DNA of 62,326 bases, counting the filler. It is 9 parts of 9 records of this genome, joined end to end, with 100 filler letters (N's around TTAATTAATTAA, not from the genome) between each part and the next. Parts side by side here need not be neighbours in the genome. Positions count along the whole stretch, not along the records: positions 1 to 16,721 come from SRR7504441_31; positions 16,822 to 21,065 come from SRR7504441_40; positions 21,166 to 28,994 come from SRR7504441_41; 6 more parts are not named here. One strand, written 5' to 3'. The notes beneath the pieces are model-generated. The model did no database searches. It had not been told where the DNA came from and saw only the letters and a list, made by a program, of their open reading frames with translations. The position numbers were made by a program, and so were the translations under genes. Positions 13,301 through 23,754 of this stretch are shown one piece after another (positions within the stretch are counted from its first letter, which is position 1; each line of letters begins with the position of its first letter).

Positions 13301-16300
13301 CGTGTGTGCATCCTGGCATTACAATTGGGGAGCAGTACAAGCTGGCTGGTAGGCAAGAAAGCACCCCAGAATGGGCTGTTGTGCGTGCCTGGGAGACCAC
13401 CTGCACTGACTGTGAGCATTTTCAGCAAATTAATATAACGAAGAAGCCCAAACAGAGCCTTCTGGCAGTAGGTGTGGTGAGCGTATCCAAGTACGCGGAC
13501 AAGCTTGCCGGCCAGGGGCTGCCATATGTGGACGGCAGTCTAGCTGAGCTGGGTTCTTCGCAGATGTGGTGGTGGTCGAGCACAGGCGAGATGCACATGG
13601 ACGGTACCCAACAAGCCTCGGGGATCACATTTGAGGAGAACGATGTTATCTCTGTTCTGATAGACCAGATTGACGAGCTAGAGCCAGCTATGCCTTCGAA
13701 TGAATCTAATGCCGTCTCAATCGACTCAAGTACAACCCCAGACCCGCTGCCCATGATGGACATCCCTGACCTCTCCAGCCTGTCTGCCTCGGGAAATGTG
13801 AGTGCGGCCAGTCCACTCGGCCCGAGTGCAGAGCTCTTCGAGTTCCTGGCAGCACGGGTGGGTGACACATCGGATGGATTATCTTTGAGTACCAGGAACA
13901 GATTCAACCGAACCAGCAATGTTGGCACTCAAACTGCACCACCGCCCGTGCCACTTCGGCGGTCGCTGCAAGTGCGAAGGCCACCTCCACTACAGCTGCA
14001 AGGGACACATCCTCGTGGCAGGATAGCCCTGTTCAAGAATGGCGCATTGATTTGCACTGTGGATAACGCCAGCTTGCCTGAAGAGGGCGCTTGTGTGTGT
14101 GTCGCATTCGGTCACGAGGCACAAGTGACGCTCATACCTGAGGCGTCTCCACCGCCAGCTGCAGCAGCCGTGCTTCGGGAGAGGGACGCACCACCGCAGC
14201 CCGTAGAACCTGGTGACACTTGTGCGCAATGTTCATTTGCAACGACTGGCACACACTATGCGTTGCAGACGTACTACCGGTGCCGAACATGTGGATTGAC
14301 TGGAGGAGAGGGCGTGTGCGAAGCCTGCGCGCATGGCTGCCACAGGGGACATGACCTCAGCCCGCCAATCTATGGCAACTTCTTCTGCGACTGTGGAGCG
14401 GGCTCTGGACCTCAAGCATGCAGCCTGATGCGAGCCCGGCCACACGGCTGTGGCAACTCGGAGGGATCTGACGTCGCTCAGGTGAGCCTGCTTGCCCCCA
14501 CTGCTCAGACTGAGCTGTGTGTGCTGCAGCTGGTTAGGATCAATCACGTCCCAACCAGCACTCGACCACGGCACCACCGACGCACCAACATCCCCTCGAC
14601 CAACAAAGACAAGACGTCAGTGCAAGACGGGGAGCCAGAGCCGGAGCGCTTGGATGCACAGGAGCCTGAGGGGGTATGGGGGTTTAAGATTCGGGTTGCG
14701 CCGCTGGGGCTGTGTAGGCGAGGCCACTTGGCAGTGGCCAGCAGCAGTAGGTTCCGGCAGGAGTTTGAGGAGCTGCTTAGTGTGATGCAGAGCTGGACGC
14801 TGCAGGAGGACGAGGGCCTGGTGGCGCTGGTGAACAAGCTTGTGCTCGAGCGCAACATCAACCTACTGAGCATGCCAATGTGCACACTTGCCACGGTGCC
14901 GCACGAGCAGCTGGTGGCCTCCGGGTTGCAGGATCGCGGCCCGCAGGAGATCGGGCTGAGGTTCCTCTTGCTCAAGAAGATGAACACAATGGTAGAGACT
15001 CACGTGCTCCCTGTGGTCGACTTTAGCCAGCTACGCCAGCGGCCTGTGGTTCTTGCTCCAAGGGCCGACCGGCAATGCTCTGCACTGCTCCCGCTGAGGC
15101 AGCAGGTGACCACATTGCATGGGATGCTCTTCTGGCAGATCAAGCGCAAGCTGTGGATCCCGTGCATAGAGCGGACCCACTTCACTAGCGAGCGGCAGGA
15201 GGTTGTGATAGACAGGAAGAAAGCATTCGATTTAGTAACTCAGGGCAAAACAGACAACGAGGGCAGGGCCACTGTGTTTGGCCAGTGCTTCAGGCAGCTC
15301 TCGGGGCTGGAGCCTTCCAAGCTGCGAGGCAAGTCCAAGGCCTTCTCCGTAATTTTCCGGGGAGAGTCTGGCGAAGATGCTGGAGGGGTTTATCGGGAAG
15401 CGCTGGAGCAAATGTGCCGCGAGCTGCAGTCTAGCGCACTCCCGCTGTTTGTGCGCTGTCCAAATGGAGTGCAGGACGTCGGGACCAATCGCGACAAGTG
15501 GCTGCCGTCGCCGGCCGCTTGCTCGGCAACGCACATATCGATGTTTGAGTTTGTGGGCCAGCTGATTGGGATCGCACTCCGGACTAAGAACTTGCTCTCA
15601 TTGGACCTCCCGCCCTTGGTGTGGAAGGTACTCATAGCTAAGCTGGCGCGCGGCTAACCTGGGGGCAGGCGCTAGTGGGCTCACCCGTCGGACTGCCAGA
15701 GCTTCGGGAGGTGGACCTGTGCGTGGCACAGGCGATAGACATGTTGCATAACCTCGAATCACATGGGGTGTCGCCCGAGGTGTTCACTGACTACTTCAAC
15801 GACGTGTTCGTGACCCGCGACTCTAGTGGCGCCACGGTGGAGTTGTGCGAGGGTGGGTCAAACCGGCCGGTAACGTACGACAACCATCTCGAGTTTGCGA
15901 GCGCAATGGAGCGGTTTAGGCTGCAAGAGGGCAAGGTGCAGCTGACTGCTATCAAGCGTGGGATCGGCACGATCGTGCCCGCCGGGATGCTGGCCCTCTT
16001 CACGCACAAGGAGCTAGAGGCGCACATCGCGGGCTGCCCACAGCTTGACATTGGGCTGCTCCGCTCGTGCACAACCTACAGCAGCGGCGCCACCGGCCAA
16101 GAACCGCACATTGAGGCGAGCCGTGCCCGCAAGCCAGTGTGTGAGCTGTTGGCAGGCGCTGTGGCAGTCGCTGGAAAGCTTCACAGAGGAGCAGCGGTGC
16201 TCCTTCCTAAGGTTTGTGTGGGGCCGGTCGCGGCTGCCACTCTCGGCGACCGAGTTTGAGCGCAACTTCGAAGTCAAGACGATGGTGCGAGACCGGCCTG

Positions 16301-16516
16301 ACGAGGCGCTGCCGGTCTGTCGCCGCTGGGCTGCCAACCGGAGATGATCGGCTGCAGGTGTCGCACACGTGCTTCTTCTCGCTCGAGCTGCCCATGTACT
16401 CGAGCTACACCATCTGCCGCGAGAAACTTTTGTACGCCATCACGAATTGTCAGGCGATCGACGCCGATGATGCGTATGCGGCCGGGCGGCGGGCGAGAGA
16501 CATGGGTTGGGAATAG
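1359..16516 (+). CDS. Giant multi-exon HECT-type E3 ubiquitin ligase (multiple SPRY, EF-hands, UBA, LamG-like, ESEHPY/CUB-like, UBR-type zinc finger, C-terminal HECT)
   Basis: HECT motifs FRGESGEDAGGVYRE, FEFVGQLIGIALRT, LP|VSHTCFFSLELPMY; SPRY GCMQIGW..GDVLGCLLDLD; UBA LESMGFNRSRAIAAM; EF-hands DTDRDGII and DTNLDGVVDFYE. ORFs join through short introns, e.g. 1883-1924, 2051-2090, 9471-9510, 10174-10253, 16116-16155 (GC-AG). The first exon is less certain. Confidence 0.85.
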
Positions 16517-16721
16517 CATCTTGTGTGATACCTGAGATATCTTCACATAAATATCACAATTACAAGTAAATTACAAGTACTTATTCAGAATGATAGATCT
16601 TTCAATAATTTAAGTGGACGTGCTACTCGTATAGACAATCATGTATCACTTGTAACCGAAGTCTAACCGAAGTCTGTGATAGGTCAGCGACGTATTTATT
16701 CGCAGCTAACTAGCGACGTAT

Positions 16722-16821
16722 NNNNNNNNNNNNNNNNNNNNNNNNNNNNNNNNNNNNNNNNNNNNTTAATTAATTAANNNNNNNNNNNNNNNNNNNNNNN
16801 NNNNNNNNNNNNNNNNNNNNN
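16722..16821. other. Artificial contig linker (N44-TTAATTAATTAA-N44); same linker at 21066-21165, 28995-29094, 37105-37204, 40537-40636, 43702-43801, 52738-52837, 58759-58858
   Basis: Identical 100-nt block with stops in all six frames; flanking genes are truncated. Confidence 0.97.
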
Positions 16822-17011
16822 GCACCACCAGAAGCATAAGAATCGGGTTGAGCTTCATTCCCGACTCCCGAGTTCCGCGGCTCTTCGTTGTGGTGAGAGT
16901 TCGAGGTGGACACAAGCGCAGGCAAATTAATACAGGAGAGTCTATAGCATGACAGCTGAGAACCGACTACTACCGCACATGCATGTTTAGATCAAGCTTT
17001 GTCAATCGCCC

Positions 17012-18187
17012 TTATTCCAAGAACGGGCAGTGCGCTGCTATAATGCGGCGGCGGCTGCCATCGTCGTCTACGGCGGCCAAGAACGCGAGGCGCAAGGCCT
17101 GATCCGCACGGAAAGAGTGCACCATGTCTGAAAAAGCTGTTAGCCTTGGGATCACAAAATCGTCCCATGCTGAGCCGTGGATCGAGCCCTCCAAATCGAC
17201 CCGGCAGACCAGGATCCCTGGAGCTGGCTGGCCCGAGGCGGCCGGCTCGACGCACTGCTGCACCAAATCTCCCCTGTTGGCGCCGGTCATCTTCATGTAG
17301 GCGACCATCTGGATGCAGTCGTGGATGTTGGGAGTCTGCCGCATCCCAGTCACACTCATCCGGTTCTTGACTTCGACGACCACCGGCTCCAGCACCCACT
17401 CTGCCTCCTCCCCCTCAAGTTGATCTGATTGCGCGTTGACCAGTTCCGCCCCCTTGATCAATTCGAGCAGCCCGGCCCACTCCCCCTCGCCCTCCTTCGC
17501 CCTCTTCCGCTGTCGGATGCTCAGATCTTCAGTCATCCCGTCAACCTTGCCAACGATCCGGAATCGACCCTCGTCCACGTAATCGTCCAGCGTCATAAGC
17601 TCATCATTCCTACTATGCACCACTGTGCCTCGCTGCCGTTCGTACTCCTCCAGAGCCGCGCCCTCATTCCGGGTGCCAAACCCCTTGTTCACCCGGCCGT
17701 GCAGCGCCCGGCTCATTTCCGTACCCGCTTCCGCCGTGATCGCCTTGGCCGCCACTGCCGCCGCCACGGTCTCCGAGATGGCCGCCTTGGCCTGGTCCGC
17801 CCCGCCCGTGTCCTTGACCAGCACAGCGCCAGCCAGCGCCTCCTGTAGGACCTCCGCCCCGCCTGCCTGCGCCACCAGGCCCTCCAGGTGCTCGTCCTCG
17901 GACTGCACCACCATCCCCAGCTCCAGTGCGTCAGCATCCAGTGCCTCGCCCCAACCCTGATAGATATAGTGCATTGCCAGCTCGACCGTGTCGCTGTAGG
18001 GACTGTAGCCGCAGGCCGCCGCCACGTCCGACGCGTAGAAGTTGACCACCGGCGGGGGCGGCCCGGGCCCCGTCGCCCCAGGGCTGGTCGCATGCTCGGG
18101 ACGCTGCCGCTTGCGCCGGCGCTGTACCACGACCCGGGGCCGCTGCGGCCGGTTGGCCTGCGGCTCCGCGGCCGGCTGGGGGGTCAT
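17012..18187 (-). CDS. YqaJ/lambda-exonuclease-like PD-(D/E)xK nuclease, intronless
   Basis: Ordered motifs ASDVAAACGYSPY, GTRNEGAALEEY, IVGKVDG, VVEVKNR, IQMVAYM. Confidence 0.75.
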   Translation of the reverse strand: MTPQPAAEPQANRPQRPRVVVQRRRKRQRPEHATSPGATGPGPPPPVVNFYASDVAAACGYSPYSDTVELAMHYIYQGWGEALDADALELGMVVQSEDEHLEGLVAQAGGAEVLQEALAGAVLVKDTGGADQAKAAISETVAAAVAAKAITAEAGTEMSRALHGRVNKGFGTRNEGAALEEYERQRGTVVHSRNDELMTLDDYVDEGRFRIVGKVDGMTEDLSIRQRKRAKEGEGEWAGLLELIKGAELVNAQSDQLEGEEAEWVLEPVVVEVKNRMSVTGMRQTPNIHDCIQMVAYMKMTGANRGDLVQQCVEPAASGQPAPGILVCRVDLEGSIHGSAWDDFVIPRLTAFSDMVHSFRADQALRLAFLAAVDDDGSRRRIIAAHCPFLE

Positions 18188-18239
18188 CGCCCTCCAGCGG
18201 GTGCTGGTTCAATTTTATAGACTAGAGTTAGATCTAGGA

Positions 18240-18282
18240 GGTTAGGGTTAGGGTTGGTGGTTAGGGTTAGGGTAATAGGGTT
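18240..18282 (+). repeat. Degenerate TTAGGG array upstream of the YqaJ-like gene
   Basis: ggttagggttagggttggtggttagggttagggtaataggg. Confidence 0.75.
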
Positions 18283-18523
18283 GCTTGGCGGTAGATCTAG
18301 GGCTCTACGGCGGGGCCTCTACCAGGTACACTGTAGGTCAACTGGTGTAGGAATTCCTACTAGAGCTACGTGTAGACTGACTTAGTGACGTCGACCAGCG
18401 CATAATCATAACCAGTAATCAATTGATTACACAGGTATGCATATGCATGCAGTACTAACAAGCAAATAACAGGTACTTCGGATGTTGAACGCTGATCAGC
18501 TGCTCTTGTTTTTTTATAACTTT

Positions 18524-20893
18524 TCAATCGAGCTGAATATGCACCACTGCGCAGCCATCTGCCAGCGGCACCTTAATCTCCCAGCTCGAGCCGACCTTGG
18601 TCGCGGCCGGGAGCGCAAACCAGCCATCGGATCCTGGGAGGAGAGCCTTGGCGCTGATGCGCTGGACCGTCGGCCACCCGAGCTCGGCGACAGTCGGCCC
18701 AAGGTTGAGTTCTACGGTCGCTGATGTCGTGGTCGTGCTGTTGGCTAGCACCACCGGCACAACTAGCATTGGCAGGGCTGTGTTCGGGCCCTCCGTCTGG
18801 CTGCCGACAGTGAAAGCGTTGATCGAGGGTTGGTCACCGCTGCCACTCTTGACAGACACGGGCCGAGTGCTCAGCAGCCACTTGGTCCCGTGCATGGCGT
18901 CGAATAACGGACCGTACTTGATGTAGGCCGCTTCGACCACTGCGCTGCCTGGCTGGATGCTGTGGTCATTGAGTGGAATTGGAGCCATCGGATATGCCCC
19001 CATCAACAGGTGCTGCTGAAAGTATGCATAGATGAGTAGCGGGTCATCAGATAGGCTGTATGTCCACTGTATGGTCGGGGTGCGTAATCCGGTGAATGCC
19101 GCTGGATTGAGCGCAGAGCCCTCGGAGAAGGTTCCGTCGAAGTTCTTGAGCAGGTCCAGACGACAAACGTTCCCAAGAGCGTTGCAGTTGTTCATCATCG
19201 GCCCGCCTCGGCCTTGCCTTGCCTTTTTCAACACCTCGTGGAGCCGTGCATAAGTGTGGCGATACGAAAGCCGGTTGGATCTCGCGGGGCCCCACGTCCA
19301 GTTGGCAGTGTTTGGCCACGCACCTCTCGGGTCGGCACCAACGCCGGGAGCGAGCGGGACCCAGGACGTGTTGTCGTCTCTGTCATAGTTGTAGGCCTCG
19401 CTATAGTCGAGCCGGTCTATCGCTATGCCCTCAAAGGTGTTGGGAAACTGAATGATATGGCGCTCCAGTTGCTCGACGAGCAGGTCTTCGAAGCAAGGCT
19501 CCATCGTGTCCATCCAGGTGGTGCCCACCCAGTCGTTGTGGTGCACCATAAACCTTCCAGCGCCAATGTCCCACCCGTGGTGAAGCAGCCCGCTGAACAA
19601 ATAATCTCTGAGGTACTCCTGAGCCCCAGCCCAATCCGGGCAAGGTGCGGGCTGTCCGTTGGGTCTTCTCCCGCACGTGGTGTTAGGGCCTCGGTAGGTG
19701 GTTGTCACCGATAAGCCCCAATTGCCAATATCGAAATACGAGAGCGAGTGGAAGCCTTTGGCCTGCAGATCTGCATAGTACTGGTCGATCATTGCGTAGG
19801 TCACGTTATACTTAGCCAGTCCGCTGTTGATCGGGCCCAGATTCTCCCACTGGTCGCTATACGGCAGGAACAGCCCGTCATAAGGCATAAACGTGCCGGA
19901 AAGATCCCAGTTGGTCTTGAACCCCATGGCCTTGGCCTTCGAACTGTTCAGCTTGCTCATGTTCCATGTATACGCCCCGAGCCCCTCAAACCCCTCCAGC
20001 CCTTCAACCTCAGATATGAAATACTCCGGAAACTGCCTGACCATAAACCCTAGTGCCGGCCTGAAGTCCGCCCGGTGCCCAACCAGGTGCGCGCTGAACT
20101 CTACCGTCCGGCCGTCCGCCAGCCGGAGCAGCTCGCGCCGGAAGCTCACCCCAGACTCGGACGTCTCAAGCGCCACCTCGAGCAACGGGTCCTCCACGCT
20201 CAGCGCCAGCGACACGCCGATGTCCTCCCCTAGGTTCAGCACCGACACTACAGGGATAGAGAAGACATCCACTGCGTTGCGCCCGAGCGCGCCGTATCGG
20301 TAGAGCTGGCTCGAGCTCGGGAGCGGCTCCGGGTGGAGCGGATCCTGCCAGTCTGGGATACCGCGGCAGGGCGAGCGGCTTCCGGCATTGATAGTGCAGC
20401 CCTTGCCCCAGGGCATCCACACCTGATGTCCCGGCGAGCCCGCCCAGTGCAGCCCGGTCTGGAGAGCCGAGCTGAACGGCGGCGCGCTTGAGTCCGGGGC
20501 GGTGATTGAGGTCTGGATCCGGACCGAGTTGGTTTCAGGGACGAAGGAGTCGACCACGACCACCTGCACCGCCGACCCGTTCCCGGGCGAACCGTCGAGC
20601 ACCAGGCAGGACCACTGGCGCGACAGGGCCGCCCCGCCCCCATCGGCGCGCGCCAGCACCGCCGACGCCGCCGGCTGGCAGCGGCTGGGGGAGAAGGCGG
20701 TCAGATTGCCGCCGGTAAGTTGGGTGGTGCCCGATGGCCCGAGCAGCGGAGCCGGGGGGCTGCCAGCCACCGACACGCCGGCGACCCGGCCGTCGGCCAG
20801 GTGAACTGTGACCGCACCGTCGATTGAGCTCACGTTGATCACGTCGGCACGAGCTGCCGCTACCAGCAGCACCGATAGGACGGTGCACCGCAT
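18524..20893 (-). CDS. Secreted 789-aa protein, possibly an unclassified glycoside hydrolase, intronless
   Basis: Signal peptide MRCTVLSVLLVAAARA; aromatic-rich core with SYFDIGNWG and GIAIDRLDY suggestive of a TIM-barrel GH. Confidence 0.6.
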   Translation of the reverse strand: MRCTVLSVLLVAAARADVINVSSIDGAVTVHLADGRVAGVSVAGSPPAPLLGPSGTTQLTGGNLTAFSPSRCQPAASAVLARADGGGAALSRQWSCLVLDGSPGNGSAVQVVVVDSFVPETNSVRIQTSITAPDSSAPPFSSALQTGLHWAGSPGHQVWMPWGKGCTINAGSRSPCRGIPDWQDPLHPEPLPSSSQLYRYGALGRNAVDVFSIPVVSVLNLGEDIGVSLALSVEDPLLEVALETSESGVSFRRELLRLADGRTVEFSAHLVGHRADFRPALGFMVRQFPEYFISEVEGLEGFEGLGAYTWNMSKLNSSKAKAMGFKTNWDLSGTFMPYDGLFLPYSDQWENLGPINSGLAKYNVTYAMIDQYYADLQAKGFHSLSYFDIGNWGLSVTTTYRGPNTTCGRRPNGQPAPCPDWAGAQEYLRDYLFSGLLHHGWDIGAGRFMVHHNDWVGTTWMDTMEPCFEDLLVEQLERHIIQFPNTFEGIAIDRLDYSEAYNYDRDDNTSWVPLAPGVGADPRGAWPNTANWTWGPARSNRLSYRHTYARLHEVLKKARQGRGGPMMNNCNALGNVCRLDLLKNFDGTFSEGSALNPAAFTGLRTPTIQWTYSLSDDPLLIYAYFQQHLLMGAYPMAPIPLNDHSIQPGSAVVEAAYIKYGPLFDAMHGTKWLLSTRPVSVKSGSGDQPSINAFTVGSQTEGPNTALPMLVVPVVLANSTTTTSATVELNLGPTVAELGWPTVQRISAKALLPGSDGWFALPAATKVGSSWEIKVPLADGCAVVHIQLD

Positions 20894-21165
20894 GGCTTTG
20901 ACGGGATTCCGTTACGATTCGAGAGATGCCGAGCACCCAGCGAACCACCCCGAGCGCCAACCCGGCTGCCAAGCGCTCCAAGCCCAATCCACCCGCCCCT
21001 ACACCCCCGCCCAGCCTGCTCGGCTCGCTCACCGCCGAGCTCCAGACCGCCGTCCTGTGCCACTGNNNNNNNNNNNNNNNNNNNNNNNNNNNNNNNNNNN
21101 NNNNNNNNNTTAATTAATTAANNNNNNNNNNNNNNNNNNNNNNNNNNNNNNNNNNNNNNNNNNNN

Positions 21166-21683
21166 GGCTCGATGCTGCTGCTGGCCGGCCGTGGCGCCAC
21201 GGAGCCAGGATGCTCAGCGGGCGAGAGATACGATTCACTTTCGACCAGCTCGCAGACCTTGCTCCAACTTGTAGTTTCGCTTCCTGAATCCTGATAATGA
21301 GTTGGAATCACGGAATCACTAGTTCTTCACTAACGTATCTTACTTCAAAGCCCGAAAGCCGTCACGGTAATAGATACAATAATACGTCAATGGTACATGC
21401 ACTTTACCGCGGAGTGGGTCTACTGATTGACGCTCCTCGCATGCAGCCAGCTTCGGCGCTGATCGAGAAGACAGGGCTAAACATGAAATATATTAGTGTC
21501 AAAAGCAAATACGCCCACGCTACTCAACAGCTTGAATTGTGCCACCATGCTAAGACGGGCATTGCTCAGGACCTACCAGTACCTAAGGCGGTGACTACGA
21601 ATACATCCAACACGGCAAACGCGACAACCACCACTAACGCCACTAAGTCAACGATTCTATCTTGGAACATGTTAGAAAGCTAA
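21166..21683 (+). CDS. 3' fragment of unknown gene with Thr/Asn-rich tail
   Basis: Open frame from contig edge; possible GT-AG intron 21271-21446; ends ...NATKSTILSWNMLES*. Confidence 0.35.
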
Positions 21684-21934
21684 AATAAATTTTGTACATG
21701 ATTATACGTGCCGGTTTACGTATGGTAGCACTTGATGTACTATAAGCGGCGTACTGACTCGACCGGCTGTACTGGTACTGATTAAGTACTGTTGTATGTT
21801 TAATTAACTGTAAGCTTATGCTAAGCTATGATGCGAGGGTCGGAGGGCAAGTGATGTGAGCCTTGCCAAGCGTACCCCACCCCCGTGAAGCTTGCGTTAC
21901 TTGGAACGCATTGTGCCTGGAGTCAACGATCAAT

Positions 21935-22516
21935 CTATGGTGCAGCATCTCCTCCCCCGTCGTTACTCTGTGAATGAGGCCTCTGTGCAGCTTGCATGAA
22001 CTGTTGAATCAGCGGTGCGGCATGTTGGGCCGCTTGGGCAGCTTGCGCGATGAAATCCTGCATCGTCGGTCCAGCCGGTGGCTCTGGCTGCTCGGCAGCC
22101 CCCGGTTGGTGTGAGCCCGTTTGTTCTGCTGTGGTGTTGGCAGCTTGCCGCGCCTGCGTTAGCCGGGTCAGCAGCTCGCTCTTCTCCAGGAGCCCAGCGA
22201 ACGATACCCCCAGCCTGAGAAGCTCGGCCTTGATGTCCCTGACCGAGGTCGCAGCCTCGGGAGGAGCAGCTGCGGCCACCTCGACCCGGAGGGTGCCCCC
22301 CGTGCACTCGCGCACGGCCTCTTGCAGGTCGGCCTCGGTACCCAGAGTAATGTGGTCCCCGTCGCTATCGATCCAGCGGAGAGCGGGACTTTCGGCTTGG
22401 CCAAAGTGCGCCTGGACCTCGGCGCGGAGCTTGTCGAGCGAGAGCTGGTCGGCAGGGGTCGACCAGCGGCGCAGGTCATCTCCGAGTCGGGCTTTGATCG
22501 CGATCACGGCCGCCAT
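21935..22516 (-). CDS. PB1-domain protein with SAP-like helical motif
   Basis: IKARLGDDLRR and LRWIDSDGDHITLGTEADLQEA (PB1); SVRDIKAELLRLGVSFAGLLEKSELL. Confidence 0.8.
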   Translation of the reverse strand: MAAVIAIKARLGDDLRRWSTPADQLSLDKLRAEVQAHFGQAESPALRWIDSDGDHITLGTEADLQEAVRECTGGTLRVEVAAAAPPEAATSVRDIKAELLRLGVSFAGLLEKSELLTRLTQARQAANTTAEQTGSHQPGAAEQPEPPAGPTMQDFIAQAAQAAQHAAPLIQQFMQAAQRPHSQSNDGGGDAAP

Positions 22517-22684
22517 GTGCTGTGAAGGAGTTGCCGTGGTTCTGCGCCTACTTATTAGAGCGCGCCTATGAGGTCATCGGCAGCCTGAAGCCCTGAACCA
22601 GGCAACCTCTCAGATTCCTCGTTCTACAATTACTAAATATAAGGCGTTTTCTGCAGCTGGGGTGGGCCCGCGGTGCGGGGCGGG

Positions 22685-23406
22685 ATGGACGACTTTGGCG
22701 CCAACTTCGGGGGCAAGGGCGGACACGACGACGACTTTGATAGCAGGGCCGGGGCTCGCCAGCCGCGCAAGGCGCTGGTCGGTGAGGATGGCCAGCCCAA
22801 GCCGCAGGGCGGGTTCCAGTACCTCAAAAAGGCAGCAGCGCGGGCCGGGCACCGGGCCGAACGGGCGGGCCAGCTGCCCAAGTTCCTGCAGAATCTGCAG
22901 CAGCAGCATAAGCCGCCGGAGCCCAAGAAGCGGCGTACCGAGGAAATGATCGGGGACGACGAGGCGCGCCCGGCCCTTGATCGGGCAGCCAGCCCGCGGC
23001 CAGGGGGACGACCTGCCCACCGTGCTGTACGACGAGGCGGACGAGGACGATAGAGCCACGGTGGACCAGGTGCCGGCGGTGGGCGGCTTGTCGGTCGAGC
23101 GCGGGCAGTGGCGCGCGGAGCAGGAGAAGAAGCGGGCCGCAGAAGAGCGCCAGGCCAAGCGGTCGGTGGAGGAGCTCGAGCGGGAGGCGCAGGAGGCGCA
23201 GGACGAGAAGGAGGTGTGCCTGCAGCACACTGATGGCGGCAGTGTGGACGGGGCTGGCAGGGGAAGCATTCCTTCAAGCCCAAGAAGAAGAAGAAGAAGC
23301 CCGGCGAGGGGATAGACAAGAAGTGAGGCCTGCCAGCGGCTGCCAGCTGACCAGGCGGTGCAGAAAACTGTCAAATACTAGCATGCTGAGCTTTGAGGAC
23401 GAGTGA
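22685..23406 (+). CDS. KIAA1143/DUF4604-like small protein, 5 introns
   Basis: Spliced product FQYLKK|LPKFLQNL...DDLPTV...KKLSNTSMLSFEDE*; GC-AG introns 22832-22873 and 22964-23003. Confidence 0.65.
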
Positions 23407-23754
23407 TCTAAGATGTTATCGAATTCAAATTGTTCACACGTAAAGTTGTCTTTGCTCAATTCGCTTAGAAGATTTGCGTAATGCGGCTATTTCGTCCGCA
23501 CGCATTTAGCATGGGTTGTCGTTCTTGCTCATCGCGAATGCAGCGTGGCGTGCGCAAGTGTACTGCATTTAGGATGCCAACCGCAGCAGTGTGCAGTGAT
23601 TGTGCGTCCAAAGCGCCTGCAACACAGGCGAACATTTCGCCTTGTTGCCTTTTGTCTGATGCGTTCAGCAGACCCCAAGCTGGGCATAAGCCGCATAACG
23701 GCAAGCTGCCTTAAAGTTGGTGCCAAACCCTCCGCGGTGGCAAGGGCCTCGGAG

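Noticed and set aside
16722-16821. Repeated TTAATTAATTAA cassettes and apparent gene neighbourhoods across them
   Set aside because: Artificial linkers; adjacency across them has no biological meaning.
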